Part shown: positions 9,700-19,370 of the stretch, piece by piece
How positions within the stretch are numbered: position 1 is the stretch's first letter
Layout: every line of letters begins with the position of its first letter
NCBI GenBank assembly: GCA_965261395.1
Contig: OZ253462.1
Location: 5,280,001 to 5,344,000, forward strand
Length of the DNA stretch: 64,000 nt
Reading direction: 5' to 3'
DNA from: Candidatus Latescibacterota bacterium
GTDB lineage: Bacteria; Latescibacterota; UBA2968; UBA8231
Made by a program: the position numbers and the translations under genes
Notes under the pieces: generated by a model
Databases searched by the model: none
Told to the model about the DNA's origin: nothing
The model's input: the letters and a program-made list of their open reading frames with translations, nothing else

Positions 9700-11604
9700 T
9701 CAACCATGAAAATAGGCGTGCCCCTCGCCCATAAACCAGAAAATATCCACCAAATACGACAACCCAATCCCCAAGAAATATCCGGCGATCAACCCCATGA
9801 AAAACGGCCGCGCCTGACGGTAGGCCGCGATCCCCCCATAGCGCATAATCGCACTCTTGGCCACCCACGCCAGAAAAACCGAAAACGCGATGAGTCGCGT
9901 CATCCACAGCGGGGCAACCGCAATGCCCACCGGATGCAGCGGCCACCAGTGCAAGCGATACTGGAGGAAGGCCAAAAGTGAGTACGCCACCATCCCGACC
10001 CCAAAGTAGGACAGCTTGTTCCAATCGGTCGGCCACGGATCGTTGAAGTGGCGGATCACTCCATTGTACGCCATGCCGCCCGCGCCACCGCCAGCGATGA
10101 AGTACCAGGAGCCAAAATTGCCCGCGCCGTATTTGTAGCACAGCGAGAGAACGAAGTAAAGACAGGTAGTGAAGCCCACGACCGCGGCAAGGCCCAGCGC
10201 CAAGGCCATCGACCGGCGAATCCGGTACAGTTCGCCGAGCCGTGCGCCGTGCGCCGCCGCCGGCATAAAGAGCGATTGCACGTCCCCAAACCAGGTATAG
10301 GAAACCCCCAGCGCCACCAAATTGTGCCCCCCGACACTCGTGCCGGTTATCGCCAGCGCAAAAGCCTGAGCACCCACCGGCGGCGTCAAAAAATAGACCC
10401 CGGCCTGCACCACCAGCCGCGTGATGCCGTAGTAGGCGACCAATACGCCAAAGACAAAGAGCGCGGCGATGTGAAGATCCATCCCAGACCGCCACAGCCA
10501 GCCGAGGATATAGACCAACGCGGCCATGAATCCGCAAACCGCCGTGCGATAGGAAACCATTTCCTCGCGATCGTCTATCGTCCGCCGTCCCCCCAAGGCT
10601 TGGCGCACGACCGCCACTAGATGGCCCCGCGCCATCCACAAGCTCAACAGCACCATCGCCGTAAACCCACCCCAAGCCTGCCAAGAAAGCGACTGCATCC
10701 CCCAAACGAAGGCGTCGGGTCGCGTCACGTCGTAACCGATGCGATTGGTAATCCCCTCTTGCACCACGGCTACCAAATAAAAGAACACGATGCTGAACGA
10801 AACGCTGGTGCTGACCAAGTACATAAAGCCGATCACCGGGAAGTAGAGCATCAGGCTGATGGTGGGAAACTCCCGGCTCAGTTGCAGATTGACGGCGTGA
10901 TTGAAGTTGATCTTGGGAAAGCCGATGTAGAACGAGCCAATAATATTGAAGAGGATCATCACCAGTGGAATCGCCGCGCCGATCCAAAACCCCTTAGAGC
11001 GCACAATCGCCCGCCCGTCGTCGTCAATCAGCAACCGAGGCATCTCCATCAGAGGAAAGACCAGCCGCTCGTGCTCGACCCACTGGCGGCGAAAAATCAC
11101 CACCAAGCAGAAGCAGGCGAAGTACACGGCCAGGATCAGACTCAACAACCAAAACAGCGGCCCGATCCAGGCCTCGAACGGCAGGGCTTGGCCCTTGGGC
11201 AGTCCCTCGTAAAACCAGCGCATGGCATCGCCATCGGCGCGGGGCACGATCCAATCGGGCAGGTAGGGATGGATGTTACCCGCCCAGTCGTTTTCCGGGG
11301 TAGCTCCGTAGTACGGCGATGAAATGATCGCCAGCAAGGTCCCGACGATAAAGGTCGGAATCCCGGTCGCCGCCAAGCCCATGATCACAATGGTAGCCAG
11401 CTCGGCAGGCCGCAACGCCCACGTGGGCCGCACCCACCGCACCAGTGCATTCGCCAGCAGAATCACTACAAAGCAAAAGCCGGCGCTAGTCGGAAAATAC
11501 GACCAAGTAATCTCCGATGAGCGCACCATCCAAATCGAATAGGGTGCCCCTATGACAATGGCCATCACGACCACAATCCCCAGCACGGCCGAGCGAAAAG
11601 TCAC
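9700..11604 (-). CDS. Polytopic membrane protein, DUF6785/DUF6784-like (OPT-related putative transporter)
   Basis: Many TM helices; YYGATPENDW, FRRQWVEHERLVFPL, WWPLHPVG, RYGGIAAYRQARPFFMGLIAG. Confidence 0.8.
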   Translation of the reverse strand: MTFRSAVLGIVVVMAIVIGAPYSIWMVRSSEITWSYFPTSAGFCFVVILLANALVRWVRPTWALRPAELATIVIMGLAATGIPTFIVGTLLAIISSPYYGATPENDWAGNIHPYLPDWIVPRADGDAMRWFYEGLPKGQALPFEAWIGPLFWLLSLILAVYFACFCLVVIFRRQWVEHERLVFPLMEMPRLLIDDDGRAIVRSKGFWIGAAIPLVMILFNIIGSFYIGFPKINFNHAVNLQLSREFPTISLMLYFPVIGFMYLVSTSVSFSIVFFYLVAVVQEGITNRIGYDVTRPDAFVWGMQSLSWQAWGGFTAMVLLSLWMARGHLVAVVRQALGGRRTIDDREEMVSYRTAVCGFMAALVYILGWLWRSGMDLHIAALFVFGVLVAYYGITRLVVQAGVYFLTPPVGAQAFALAITGTSVGGHNLVALGVSYTWFGDVQSLFMPAAAHGARLGELYRIRRSMALALGLAAVVGFTTCLYFVLSLCYKYGAGNFGSWYFIAGGGAGGMAYNGVIRHFNDPWPTDWNKLSYFGVGMVAYSLLAFLQYRLHWWPLHPVGIAVAPLWMTRLIAFSVFLAWVAKSAIMRYGGIAAYRQARPFFMGLIAGYFLGIGLSYLVDIFWFMGEGHAYFHG

Positions 11605-11682
11605 GTTATACCGCCCTTGTGCAATCGATAATTCACAGCGTTCATTTATATATATTTAATGTTTCGCATCAACGTACTGACT

Positions 11683-12855
11683 ATGTCCACTAACGGCCTC
11701 ATGCCCCTCATCCTCGCACTGCTGCTGACGGCTTGCTCCAAAAGCACCGGCCCGGATAGCGGCCCGCAATCCCGCTGCACGGACGCGCCCGGCACCATTT
11801 GCACTTGGGCCGGCACGGGCGAAGCCGGCTTCAATGGCGAGGACCAGCCGCTGCTGGCCGCCACCCTCTACTGGCCAGTCGATCTCACCTTCACCCCCTC
11901 AGGCCAGATCTACCTCCTCGACTGGAACAACCACCGCGTGCGCCGCGTGACCCCGGAGGGCACCCTCGTTACCGCCATTGGCACGGACTTCGTCGGCGAC
12001 GGCCCCTACGACGAATCCGACCAAGTGCCCCCCGGCGCGCCCGGCACCGAAGTCCACCTCAACCACCCGACCCACCTCCTACCGCTGGCCGATGGCACCC
12101 TGCTGCTAACGGCTTGGCACAATCACAAGCTGCGCCTTTACGACCCGCAAACCGGGCTCGTCCAAGTCATCTGCGGCGCGGGTCCGGGATTTGCCGGTGA
12201 TGGCGGTCCGGCCCGCGACGCGCTTCTGAGCCAGCCGCCGCAGACGGTCTTAGGCCCCGACGGCGGGCTATACATCCTCGACCAGCGCAACCAGCGGGTG
12301 CGCAAAATAGACCCCGACGGCATTATCACCACCGTCGTCGGCAGCGGCGTGGCCGGGTTTGCTGGCGACGGCGGCAGCCCGCGCGAAGCCCAGCTACAGC
12401 TGCCAGCCGGGGCCAACCCACCGCCGGCCGGGGGCTTGGTCTTTGGTCCGCAGGGCCGACTCTATATCGCCGACGCCCTCAACCACCGCATCCGTCGCGT
12501 TGACTTTGACCTAGACCGGATCGAAACAGTGGCTGGTACCGGCGCGGCCGATGGTGGTGGCGACGGCGGACCGGCCCTCAGTGCAGCCCTCAACAACCCA
12601 CGTGACTTGGCCTTTGGTCCCGACGGCCGACTCTACATTGCCGACGAACTTAACCACCGCATCCGCGCCCTCGACCTAGCGACCGGCATCATTGAAACCG
12701 TTGTCGGTAGCGGCGCGGAGGGCTTTGCTGGCGATGGCGGACCGGCCCTCAGCGCAGCCCTCAACCGACCTGCCGGGCTTGACTTCGACCCGCAGGGGCG
12801 GCTCTATATCGCCGACACGTACAACCACCGCATCCGCCGCGTCATCTTGCCATGA
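11683..12855 (+). CDS. NHL-repeat (beta-propeller) lipoprotein
   Basis: Lipobox LLTAC; repeated GFAGDGGPA...LNxPxxL..GRLYIAD..NHRIR; start could be 11659, 11683 or 11701. Confidence 0.88.
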   Translation: MSTNGLMPLILALLLTACSKSTGPDSGPQSRCTDAPGTICTWAGTGEAGFNGEDQPLLAATLYWPVDLTFTPSGQIYLLDWNNHRVRRVTPEGTLVTAIGTDFVGDGPYDESDQVPPGAPGTEVHLNHPTHLLPLADGTLLLTAWHNHKLRLYDPQTGLVQVICGAGPGFAGDGGPARDALLSQPPQTVLGPDGGLYILDQRNQRVRKIDPDGIITTVVGSGVAGFAGDGGSPREAQLQLPAGANPPPAGGLVFGPQGRLYIADALNHRIRRVDFDLDRIETVAGTGAADGGGDGGPALSAALNNPRDLAFGPDGRLYIADELNHRIRALDLATGIIETVVGSGAEGFAGDGGPALSAALNRPAGLDFDPQGRLYIADTYNHRIRRVILP

Positions 12856-13976
12856 TCTACCTAGCCTTCTTGCTCATCGCCCTGTCCGCTTGCGGGGAAG
12901 CACCCATTGGCCCTAGTAGCCCCTACGAACGCATCGAAACCTTTGCCGGCACCGGCGACGCGGGCAAAGGCCCCGAAGAACCAACGCTGCGTCAAGCGCT
13001 CTTCTACCTGCCGCAAGATCTGACCTATGGTCCCGACGGGCGGCTCTACATCCTCGACTGGAACAACCACCGCGTCCGCGTGGTCACCGACGGCCGCATC
13101 AGCACCCTGATCGGCACCGGCGAACTCGGCGACGCCCCGGCCGGCCGAGCGCGCGAGATCGGCCTCAATCATCCGACCCACATCTCCTTCGACCCGTTCG
13201 GACGCCTGATACTCTCGGCTTGGCACAATTCGATAATCCTGCGCTACGACTTTGCCACCGACTATATAGAGCCGGTCTGCGGCACCGGCGAGCGCACCTA
13301 CAGCGGCGACGGAGGGCCCGCCGGCCAAGCGACGGTCAACCTGCCAAGCGCTACCGCCTTCGACCCGCTCGGACGCATGTATATCTCCGACCAGGAAAAC
13401 CAGCGCATCCGCATGGTCGATATAGACGGCACGATTTCCACGGTCGTCGGCACCGGTGAGCCGGGTTTTTTCGGCGACGGGGGTCCCGCCGACCAAGCCC
13501 GGATCTACGCTCCGATAGGCCAAGCGGCCCCTCCTACCAGCCGCATCGCCACCGACGAATTCGGCAACCTCTACATCGCCGACACCTTCAACAACCGCAT
13601 CCGCAAGGTTGACGCAGCAACCAACATCATCACCACCATCGCCGGCAGTGGAGCCTTCCCCCCCATGCCCGGCGGCGAGCGCGACGAGGGGGCCGCGGCG
13701 ATCGACGTTTCGCTCTATTGGCCCTGCGACGTGGGCATCGACTCCGAAGGCCGGGTCTTTTTCGCCGACACCTTCAACCACTGCGTGCGCTACATCGACC
13801 TCGACGGTGCGCTCTATACCGTGGCCGGTCAGTGCGGCAAATCCGGCGATATGGGCGATGGCGGCGATCCGCAGGCCGCCCTACTCAATCGCCCCTACGG
13901 CATCGAACTCGACCCGGACGACAACCTCTACATCGCCGATACCCGCAACCACCGCATTCGCCTAGTGCGCAAATGA
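12852..13976 (+). CDS. NHL-repeat lipoprotein, paralog of upstream gene
   Basis: Lipobox LSAC; shared LDWNNHRVR, LNHPTH, AWHN motifs; ATGA coupling. Confidence 0.9.
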   Translation: MIYLAFLLIALSACGEAPIGPSSPYERIETFAGTGDAGKGPEEPTLRQALFYLPQDLTYGPDGRLYILDWNNHRVRVVTDGRISTLIGTGELGDAPAGRAREIGLNHPTHISFDPFGRLILSAWHNSIILRYDFATDYIEPVCGTGERTYSGDGGPAGQATVNLPSATAFDPLGRMYISDQENQRIRMVDIDGTISTVVGTGEPGFFGDGGPADQARIYAPIGQAAPPTSRIATDEFGNLYIADTFNNRIRKVDAATNIITTIAGSGAFPPMPGGERDEGAAAIDVSLYWPCDVGIDSEGRVFFADTFNHCVRYIDLDGALYTVAGQCGKSGDMGDGGDPQAALLNRPYGIELDPDDNLYIADTRNHRIRLVRK

Positions 13977-13995
13977 AAGGCGACCGCGACGGCCG

Positions 13996-14793
13996 CTAAT
14001 CATCTAGGTTGCCCTGGACTATCACCGCTCCTGCAAATCCCTCGGCCACCATCCGCTCGGCAAAGGCCCACACCTCGGATTGGGGCAGCAGCGCGTTGTT
14101 GCTGATGATCAAATCCGCCCCCACGTGGCCGATGCCGCGCAACCCATCTATACTTTGCAGCGCGCCGTTGCCGCTGACTTCCAAAAAGTCCCGCACTCTG
14201 GCCAAGTAGTGCAGGCCCTCTAGGCTTTGCAGTGCGTCGTTGAACCAAATGTCCACGCTACCTTCGATCTCCACGAGGTGCGGCATATCCGTCAGGGACG
14301 TAAGCGACTCATTGCGGACGAGCGACAAGCCCCCGCTGACAGAGGCCAAGTTTTCCAGCCCTTTAAGCGAGCGCAGGGCCTTGTTTTCAAAGATCAACAG
14401 TCCTTCCACCACGTGAGCGGCTTTGCCAGCCGCCGGTGTGGGCAAGGGCGGCGGTGCGGCCGCCGGACCTAGCCCAGCGCCGACGCTTTCAAGCCCTTCC
14501 AGCCCCGTTAGGCTTTCCAAGCGGTCGTTAAACCAAATCTCGACGCTGCCCTCGACGCGCCTCAGCCCCTCCAAACCCGTCAGCGCGACTAAGCTGCTGC
14601 CGACGATCTGCAAGTCGCCGTCGATGATGTACTCAGCGCCCCCTCTTTCCCTAAGGGCAGCGACATCCGCCGCCGACGCAATGACAACGCCCTCTGCCAA
14701 GATGACCGGTGCTACCGGCTCTTTGCCACAACCCGCCAGCGCGACCAGCAACGGCAAGATCGACCTAGCGCACGGCTCAAAAATCCCGCGCAC
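13996..14793 (-). CDS. Receptor L-domain / LRR-like lipoprotein
   Basis: Lipobox LAGC; repeats LxSLxGLExLxxVxGxLxIxxNxxL; start uncertain (GTG 14793 preferred). Confidence 0.8.
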   Translation of the reverse strand: MRGIFEPCARSILPLLVALAGCGKEPVAPVILAEGVVIASAADVAALRERGGAEYIIDGDLQIVGSSLVALTGLEGLRRVEGSVEIWFNDRLESLTGLEGLESVGAGLGPAAAPPPLPTPAAGKAAHVVEGLLIFENKALRSLKGLENLASVSGGLSLVRNESLTSLTDMPHLVEIEGSVDIWFNDALQSLEGLHYLARVRDFLEVSGNGALQSIDGLRGIGHVGADLIISNNALLPQSEVWAFAERMVAEGFAGAVIVQGNLDD

Positions 14794-15607
14794 ACCGGAA
14801 CCCAATGTCAATATCGGTCAACAGCGGAAGATAGGCTTCTCGATTCGCCGCGGGCAGGGACTCCTTCTCAAACCACCACGACCCACCCCGCAGCACCCCG
14901 AACTCCCCGCGCAACGGCCCCTGCGGATTGTCCCGTGGACTCTCTGCATAGTAAGTGTCCCCGTACCAATCGGCCACCCACTCCCACACATTGCCCGCCA
15001 TGTCGTGTGCCCCATACGGCGACACTCCGGCGGGACGGCTGCCCACCGGCTCGGTCGCTCCGGCAATAAAGCGAAAGTTGGCCTCGTCTCCTTCCAACTC
15101 GTATCCCCAAGGATATATGCGCCCATTAGTTCCACGCGCGGCCTTCTCCCACTCGGCCTCCGTCGGCAGCCGCAGACCAGCCCACGCGCAATAGTCGAGC
15201 GCGTGTTGGCGGTTCGCGCAGTTGATGGGATGAGTGTCCTCTATATCTTTGTCCCAGCTACAGTTAGGGGCATAGGCTGGCTCGTCGCAGGCGTCGGCCT
15301 CCACGCAGCGCCGGTACAGTCCTATGGTGACCTCGAACTGGTCTATGTAGTACGCGGAAAGAAATACTTGGTGCGGCGGCTGCTCGTCCGGCTCGCCCGC
15401 GTCCCAACCCATCACAAAGAGGCCTTCGGGCACGAGCACCATGGCGTGCTCGGCTTTGTTGATCTCGGCGACTGGAGTAGAATCTTCGGTAGCGGGAGCC
15501 TCGCCGGGCGAGGTGGGCGCAACCACGCGAGTCCCGCTCACTTGCCCCGGGTCCTTTTGGCCGCAACCAAGTGCCCACAGGGCCATGCACACTAGCGCGC
15601 GACTCAA
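14777..15607 (-). CDS. Formylglycine-generating-enzyme (SUMF1/FGE-sulfatase) fold lipoprotein
   Basis: MVLVPEGLFVMG, DEQPPHQV, RLPTEAEWEKAARG, YGAHDMAGNVWEW, RGGSW, IGFRCA; lipobox ALGC; TTG start at 15607 after aagggg. Confidence 0.88.
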   Translation of the reverse strand: MSRALVCMALWALGCGQKDPGQVSGTRVVAPTSPGEAPATEDSTPVAEINKAEHAMVLVPEGLFVMGWDAGEPDEQPPHQVFLSAYYIDQFEVTIGLYRRCVEADACDEPAYAPNCSWDKDIEDTHPINCANRQHALDYCAWAGLRLPTEAEWEKAARGTNGRIYPWGYELEGDEANFRFIAGATEPVGSRPAGVSPYGAHDMAGNVWEWVADWYGDTYYAESPRDNPQGPLRGEFGVLRGGSWWFEKESLPAANREAYLPLLTDIDIGFRCARDF

Positions 15608-15618
15608 CGTGCGGCCCC

Positions 15619-17610
15619 TTAGAACACGACCTGCGACACGGCCTTGGAAATCAGCGCAACGGCAATGGACGTCATGCCGATCAGACCCACGCCGCACGAG
15701 TACCCGGCCAGCACGATGGGCGCGTACGCGTACCAGCGCTCGGGGCCAAAGCGCTTTTGCAAGTAGAAGCGGCCCAGCAGGGCACCGACGAAGTTGAGGA
15801 TGGCAAAGTGCGGCCACCCGCCGAGGCCGGCGACAAAACCATAGAAGATCCCCAGCGGCGCGCTGAGTGCGCTCAGCAGCGCGTACAATGCGCCGCTAAA
15901 GGCCAGTCCAATCCCGATGTAATCCCAGCGAATAATTTGGGTCACCAAGCTCTGGCCCGCGCCCGGCAGGGTGGACTTGGCCCAGAACGCCTGCATGGTG
16001 GCGTGGAAGGGCCACATCTTTTGCACGAACGGGTACGCCGAGGAAGGAATCGGCCCGAGCTTCCATATCAGTGACCAAAACAGAAAGCTACACACAAACA
16101 TGACGGCCAAGGTCAGGGCCGTCATCTTGACGATGCTGCCAAAGCGGGTGCGCGTCAGTTCTAGCTGCTTGAACACTTGCGCCTCGTAGCCCCACTGGAA
16201 AATCGGCACCGGCGCGAACCAAATCCCGGCCCCTTGGTAGCCAGACAAATAGAAGCTGGCCTCGCGCAAATAGGGGAAAGTCACCCCCTGCGGCGATCCT
16301 GTTAGGCCGATCATCCGCGTGCCGATGTACGAGTAGATCGGCGTCCACACAAAACCGAAGAACGCCGTGATCCACCAGGGAAAATCGGGCACCAAATAGT
16401 ACACCATCAGCACGAAGCCCAGCGTGCTTACTGCCCAGATCCCCAAGGCCATGACAACGCGGATGTCGCCGCGCTCGGGGCCGGGCCCTTGGCTAGGCTC
16501 CCGAGTTGGCGCGCGCTCCTTGCTGACGGCGAGCAAGACCTTGCCCGCCGTATAGAAGCCTACGGCCGCGACCACGATGGCCCCGCCCAGCGAAAAACTC
16601 AGCCAAAAGTCAAAGGTATTGGCAATCTGGGTGGGGATCGACGACATGCCCGGCTCCCAGGTATGCAGGATGCCGTAGGCATAGAGGATGGGGTTGGCGA
16701 CCAAGTTGACCAAGATCGACGAGGCAAACACCCCTACTACGACCCAGAACGGCAGCACGAGGCCGAATAGCACGTGGATCAAATCCGTGGCCAAGCCGAT
16801 GACCGCGGCGGGCAAAACCGCCTTTAGCGGCACGGTGAAGTCGATGAAGGGAATCGGCAAAATCGACACGGTCTCGGTCAGAAAAACCGACGACAGCGTT
16901 GGCACCACCACGTAGAATACGCCCCACACCGCCCCGATAAAGGCCCCCGTGCTAAACACGTGCCAGCGCCAGCCCTCCTGCTTGGCCGAGGTCTCGGCGA
17001 GGGCAGTGGCACCGCCGGCCTGCACATAGGCCATGGGAAAGGGCAAGCGCTCAATGTCGTGGGTGATGCGGAAGAGCACATAGCCCAACGACAGGGCGTT
17101 GACCCGCTGCAATGCAACGGCGCAGAGGAGGATGACGATGGGCCTAAGCCACGCGCTGTCTAGAAAGCTGCGCTCTAAGAGTGCCTCCGACCCACGCGGG
17201 GGCACGACCCAAGTTGGAATGTGTTCGGCCAGCCCGTCGGCTTGGGGCGATTGGATCAGATATTGATCCCAGATCAACACGCCGAATGGGCCGCCGAAGA
17301 GATCGGCCCCAGTGCCCAGCTTGCCGCCCATCATCACCAAGCCGCCGGCCACCCAGTAGAGGATGATGATCTCCTGAGTCCGCAGATACACGAAGGTGCG
17401 CTTGGCCATTTCGATAAACAGAATCAGGGTCACCCACTCGGCACCCCCGGCCATGCTCATCCCGGTCACCAGCCCGAGGTAAATCGCGCCCGGCAGCATC
17501 ACGAAGCCGACGAAGAGCGCCGCCCACAGGGTCTTTGTATTAAAGCCCGGTTCAAAGGGGGCGTCGGCGGGCATAACCGCGAAGCGCTCTTGGGTGTTAG
17601 CCTGTGACAA
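15619..17610 (-). CDS. OPT-family-like (oligopeptide transporter-related) membrane protein
   Basis: Many TMs; FEPGFNTKT..ALFVGFVMLPGAIYLGL, DIERLPFPMA, PIPSSAYPF. Confidence 0.78.
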   Translation of the reverse strand: MSQANTQERFAVMPADAPFEPGFNTKTLWAALFVGFVMLPGAIYLGLVTGMSMAGGAEWVTLILFIEMAKRTFVYLRTQEIIILYWVAGGLVMMGGKLGTGADLFGGPFGVLIWDQYLIQSPQADGLAEHIPTWVVPPRGSEALLERSFLDSAWLRPIVILLCAVALQRVNALSLGYVLFRITHDIERLPFPMAYVQAGGATALAETSAKQEGWRWHVFSTGAFIGAVWGVFYVVVPTLSSVFLTETVSILPIPFIDFTVPLKAVLPAAVIGLATDLIHVLFGLVLPFWVVVGVFASSILVNLVANPILYAYGILHTWEPGMSSIPTQIANTFDFWLSFSLGGAIVVAAVGFYTAGKVLLAVSKERAPTREPSQGPGPERGDIRVVMALGIWAVSTLGFVLMVYYLVPDFPWWITAFFGFVWTPIYSYIGTRMIGLTGSPQGVTFPYLREASFYLSGYQGAGIWFAPVPIFQWGYEAQVFKQLELTRTRFGSIVKMTALTLAVMFVCSFLFWSLIWKLGPIPSSAYPFVQKMWPFHATMQAFWAKSTLPGAGQSLVTQIIRWDYIGIGLAFSGALYALLSALSAPLGIFYGFVAGLGGWPHFAILNFVGALLGRFYLQKRFGPERWYAYAPIVLAGYSCGVGLIGMTSIAVALISKAVSQVVF

Positions 17611-17630
17611 GAATCTCTTCCCTCGTCTGC

Positions 17631-19283
17631 TCAGTTCTGCACCAACTCGTCGTCGAAATACCGCAAGTGCTCTTCGTACACGTCAATCTGCTCGGCATAT
17701 TTTTTGTGCAAATCCAGCAGATAGCCGTTGAAGTACTCTCGCTCGGTGCGCTCCCCCACGTCCCGCATCACTGCATCCCGCACCCGCTCTAGCTCTAGGC
17801 CGTGATAAATCTCTGGATATCGTTCGATAACCCGGAAGATCGAGTAGCCTCCCCTCGTTTGGATCGGCCCTTGGAGCTGGTTTAGCTCGGCGTTCATCAC
17901 CGCGTTCATCCAAGCCTCCCCTAAAAAGGGAGCCTGTGATTCAGAGACGTACAGGAGGCCATCTTCGGCGGCGCGGCGCCGGCTGTGGGCACGCGCTAGC
18001 TCTGCCCACTCGGCACCCGCCTCAAGCTGAGCCGCGATCTGACGCGCCTCGCTCGGGGTTTCGAGCAAAATTTCCTCCAATTGTGCATGGGGGGGGCTGC
18101 GAAAGCGGTGCTTGTGCTCCTCGTAGAAGGCCCGTAGCTCGTCCTCCGTCGGCGCGGGAGCCTCCGCCAAGATCTGCTCGCGCAGTTTTATCAGCATCAG
18201 GTTGCCCAACGCCAGAGCCTGCGACCGCGCGAAAGCCTCGGTTTTGTCAAGGCCCTTGCGCCGGGCGTCGTGGGCCATGATGCGGGTGGGGAAGTGGCTT
18301 TCAGATAGTTTCTCGTTGACCGCGTCGGCTGTGGCTTCCGGCCACAGCCGGCCCGATGGCCGCACGGCCTCTAAGACCTCTGCCACATCCATCTGCAAGC
18401 CCTCGAAAGCATAGACTGGGTGCTGGCGCTGGGCCTCGTCCAAATCCGCATAACGGACCGCGCCCTGTAAGACGCCGACCACTATATCCATGCCCTCGGC
18501 GTCAAAAACCGTGTCCAAATCCCACTTGAGGTGCCGCAGGTATGATTCGCGCAGTTGCTTTTGCTGCTCGTCGCCGAGTGCTTCGCGGATGCCGTCCTCA
18601 ACCTCGACCAATGCGGCGCGGCGACGCTCCGCCACTTTGGCAATGACGAATCCCCCGTGCAAGGGGAGCGGCTCGGTCTCGCCGCCCACGGGCAGGGCGA
18701 AGACCGCTTGCGCCAAGTCGGGGGGGCTGTCGAAGGGCGAATAGGCCAACCGCCGGATTTCACCGGTATGCACGCCGTAATAAGGGTCGGCGGTGAATTG
18801 GCGACCAGCTTCCGCAAAATCCTCGCCCTGTGCCAAAAGCGCTTGTACCTGACGCGCCTGTTCCCGGCTAGGCACAAAAATCTCCATAGTAGTGACCTTT
18901 TCTCCCCACCCTGGCCGCGCGTAGGCTTTTTCGATATCGTCCTCCGTCACCGCGACGTTGGCCGCGACGTTGCGCCGCAACATCGCGTCGGCGAGAGCCT
19001 TAGTTTCGCGCTTGGCAAGTTCGGCTAAGACCGCTTCGTCGCGCTGCAAACCCCGCCCGTTAGCCGCCAAAAGCAACACCTCGCGGTCAATGAGCGTCTG
19101 CAAGTTGTCCCGGTGCTGCGCGCGCATAGCGGCCGTTTTGAGATTGGCCTCAAAGGTACGCAGATCGGACGCAGTAATTTCGACCTCGCCGACCTTGGCC
19201 AGCAGCGAGGCGTTGTCTGGCCGCTCATCGCCACAGCTAATGCAGGCCCCGACTAGCAGCCCGGCCAACAGCGATTTGTGCAT
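17631..19283 (-). CDS. Parvulin-type peptidyl-prolyl isomerase / SurA-PrsA-like lipoprotein (two rotamase domains)
   Basis: Lipobox-like ACISC; LAKVGEVEITASDL; GEDFAEAGRQF; GAEWAELARAHS; GPIQTRGGYSIFRV. Confidence 0.85.
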   Translation of the reverse strand: MHKSLLAGLLVGACISCGDERPDNASLLAKVGEVEITASDLRTFEANLKTAAMRAQHRDNLQTLIDREVLLLAANGRGLQRDEAVLAELAKRETKALADAMLRRNVAANVAVTEDDIEKAYARPGWGEKVTTMEIFVPSREQARQVQALLAQGEDFAEAGRQFTADPYYGVHTGEIRRLAYSPFDSPPDLAQAVFALPVGGETEPLPLHGGFVIAKVAERRRAALVEVEDGIREALGDEQQKQLRESYLRHLKWDLDTVFDAEGMDIVVGVLQGAVRYADLDEAQRQHPVYAFEGLQMDVAEVLEAVRPSGRLWPEATADAVNEKLSESHFPTRIMAHDARRKGLDKTEAFARSQALALGNLMLIKLREQILAEAPAPTEDELRAFYEEHKHRFRSPPHAQLEEILLETPSEARQIAAQLEAGAEWAELARAHSRRRAAEDGLLYVSESQAPFLGEAWMNAVMNAELNQLQGPIQTRGGYSIFRVIERYPEIYHGLELERVRDAVMRDVGERTEREYFNGYLLDLHKKYAEQIDVYEEHLRYFDDELVQN

Positions 19284-19370
19284 AAAAAGAGGAGCTAGAC
19301 GGAAGGTCCAGCTCCTCGTAACGAGATATCCTGTCATACGCGTTATCCAGATGCGAAGCAGCGTCGGGAC

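Noticed and set aside
9689-10987. 432-aa alternative-frame ORF
   Set aside because: Overlaps the DUF6785-like gene on the same strand; Arg/Gly-rich high-GC shadow
14777-15000. DGR variable region in the FGE-fold gene
   Set aside because: No reverse transcriptase or template repeat found in this window
14423-15595. 390-aa plus-strand ORF
   Set aside because: Antisense to two genes with clear domain motifs; no motif of its own
15608-15817. 5' extension of the FGE ORF
   Set aside because: Overlaps the OPT-like gene; lipoprotein signal and RBS fit a start at 15607
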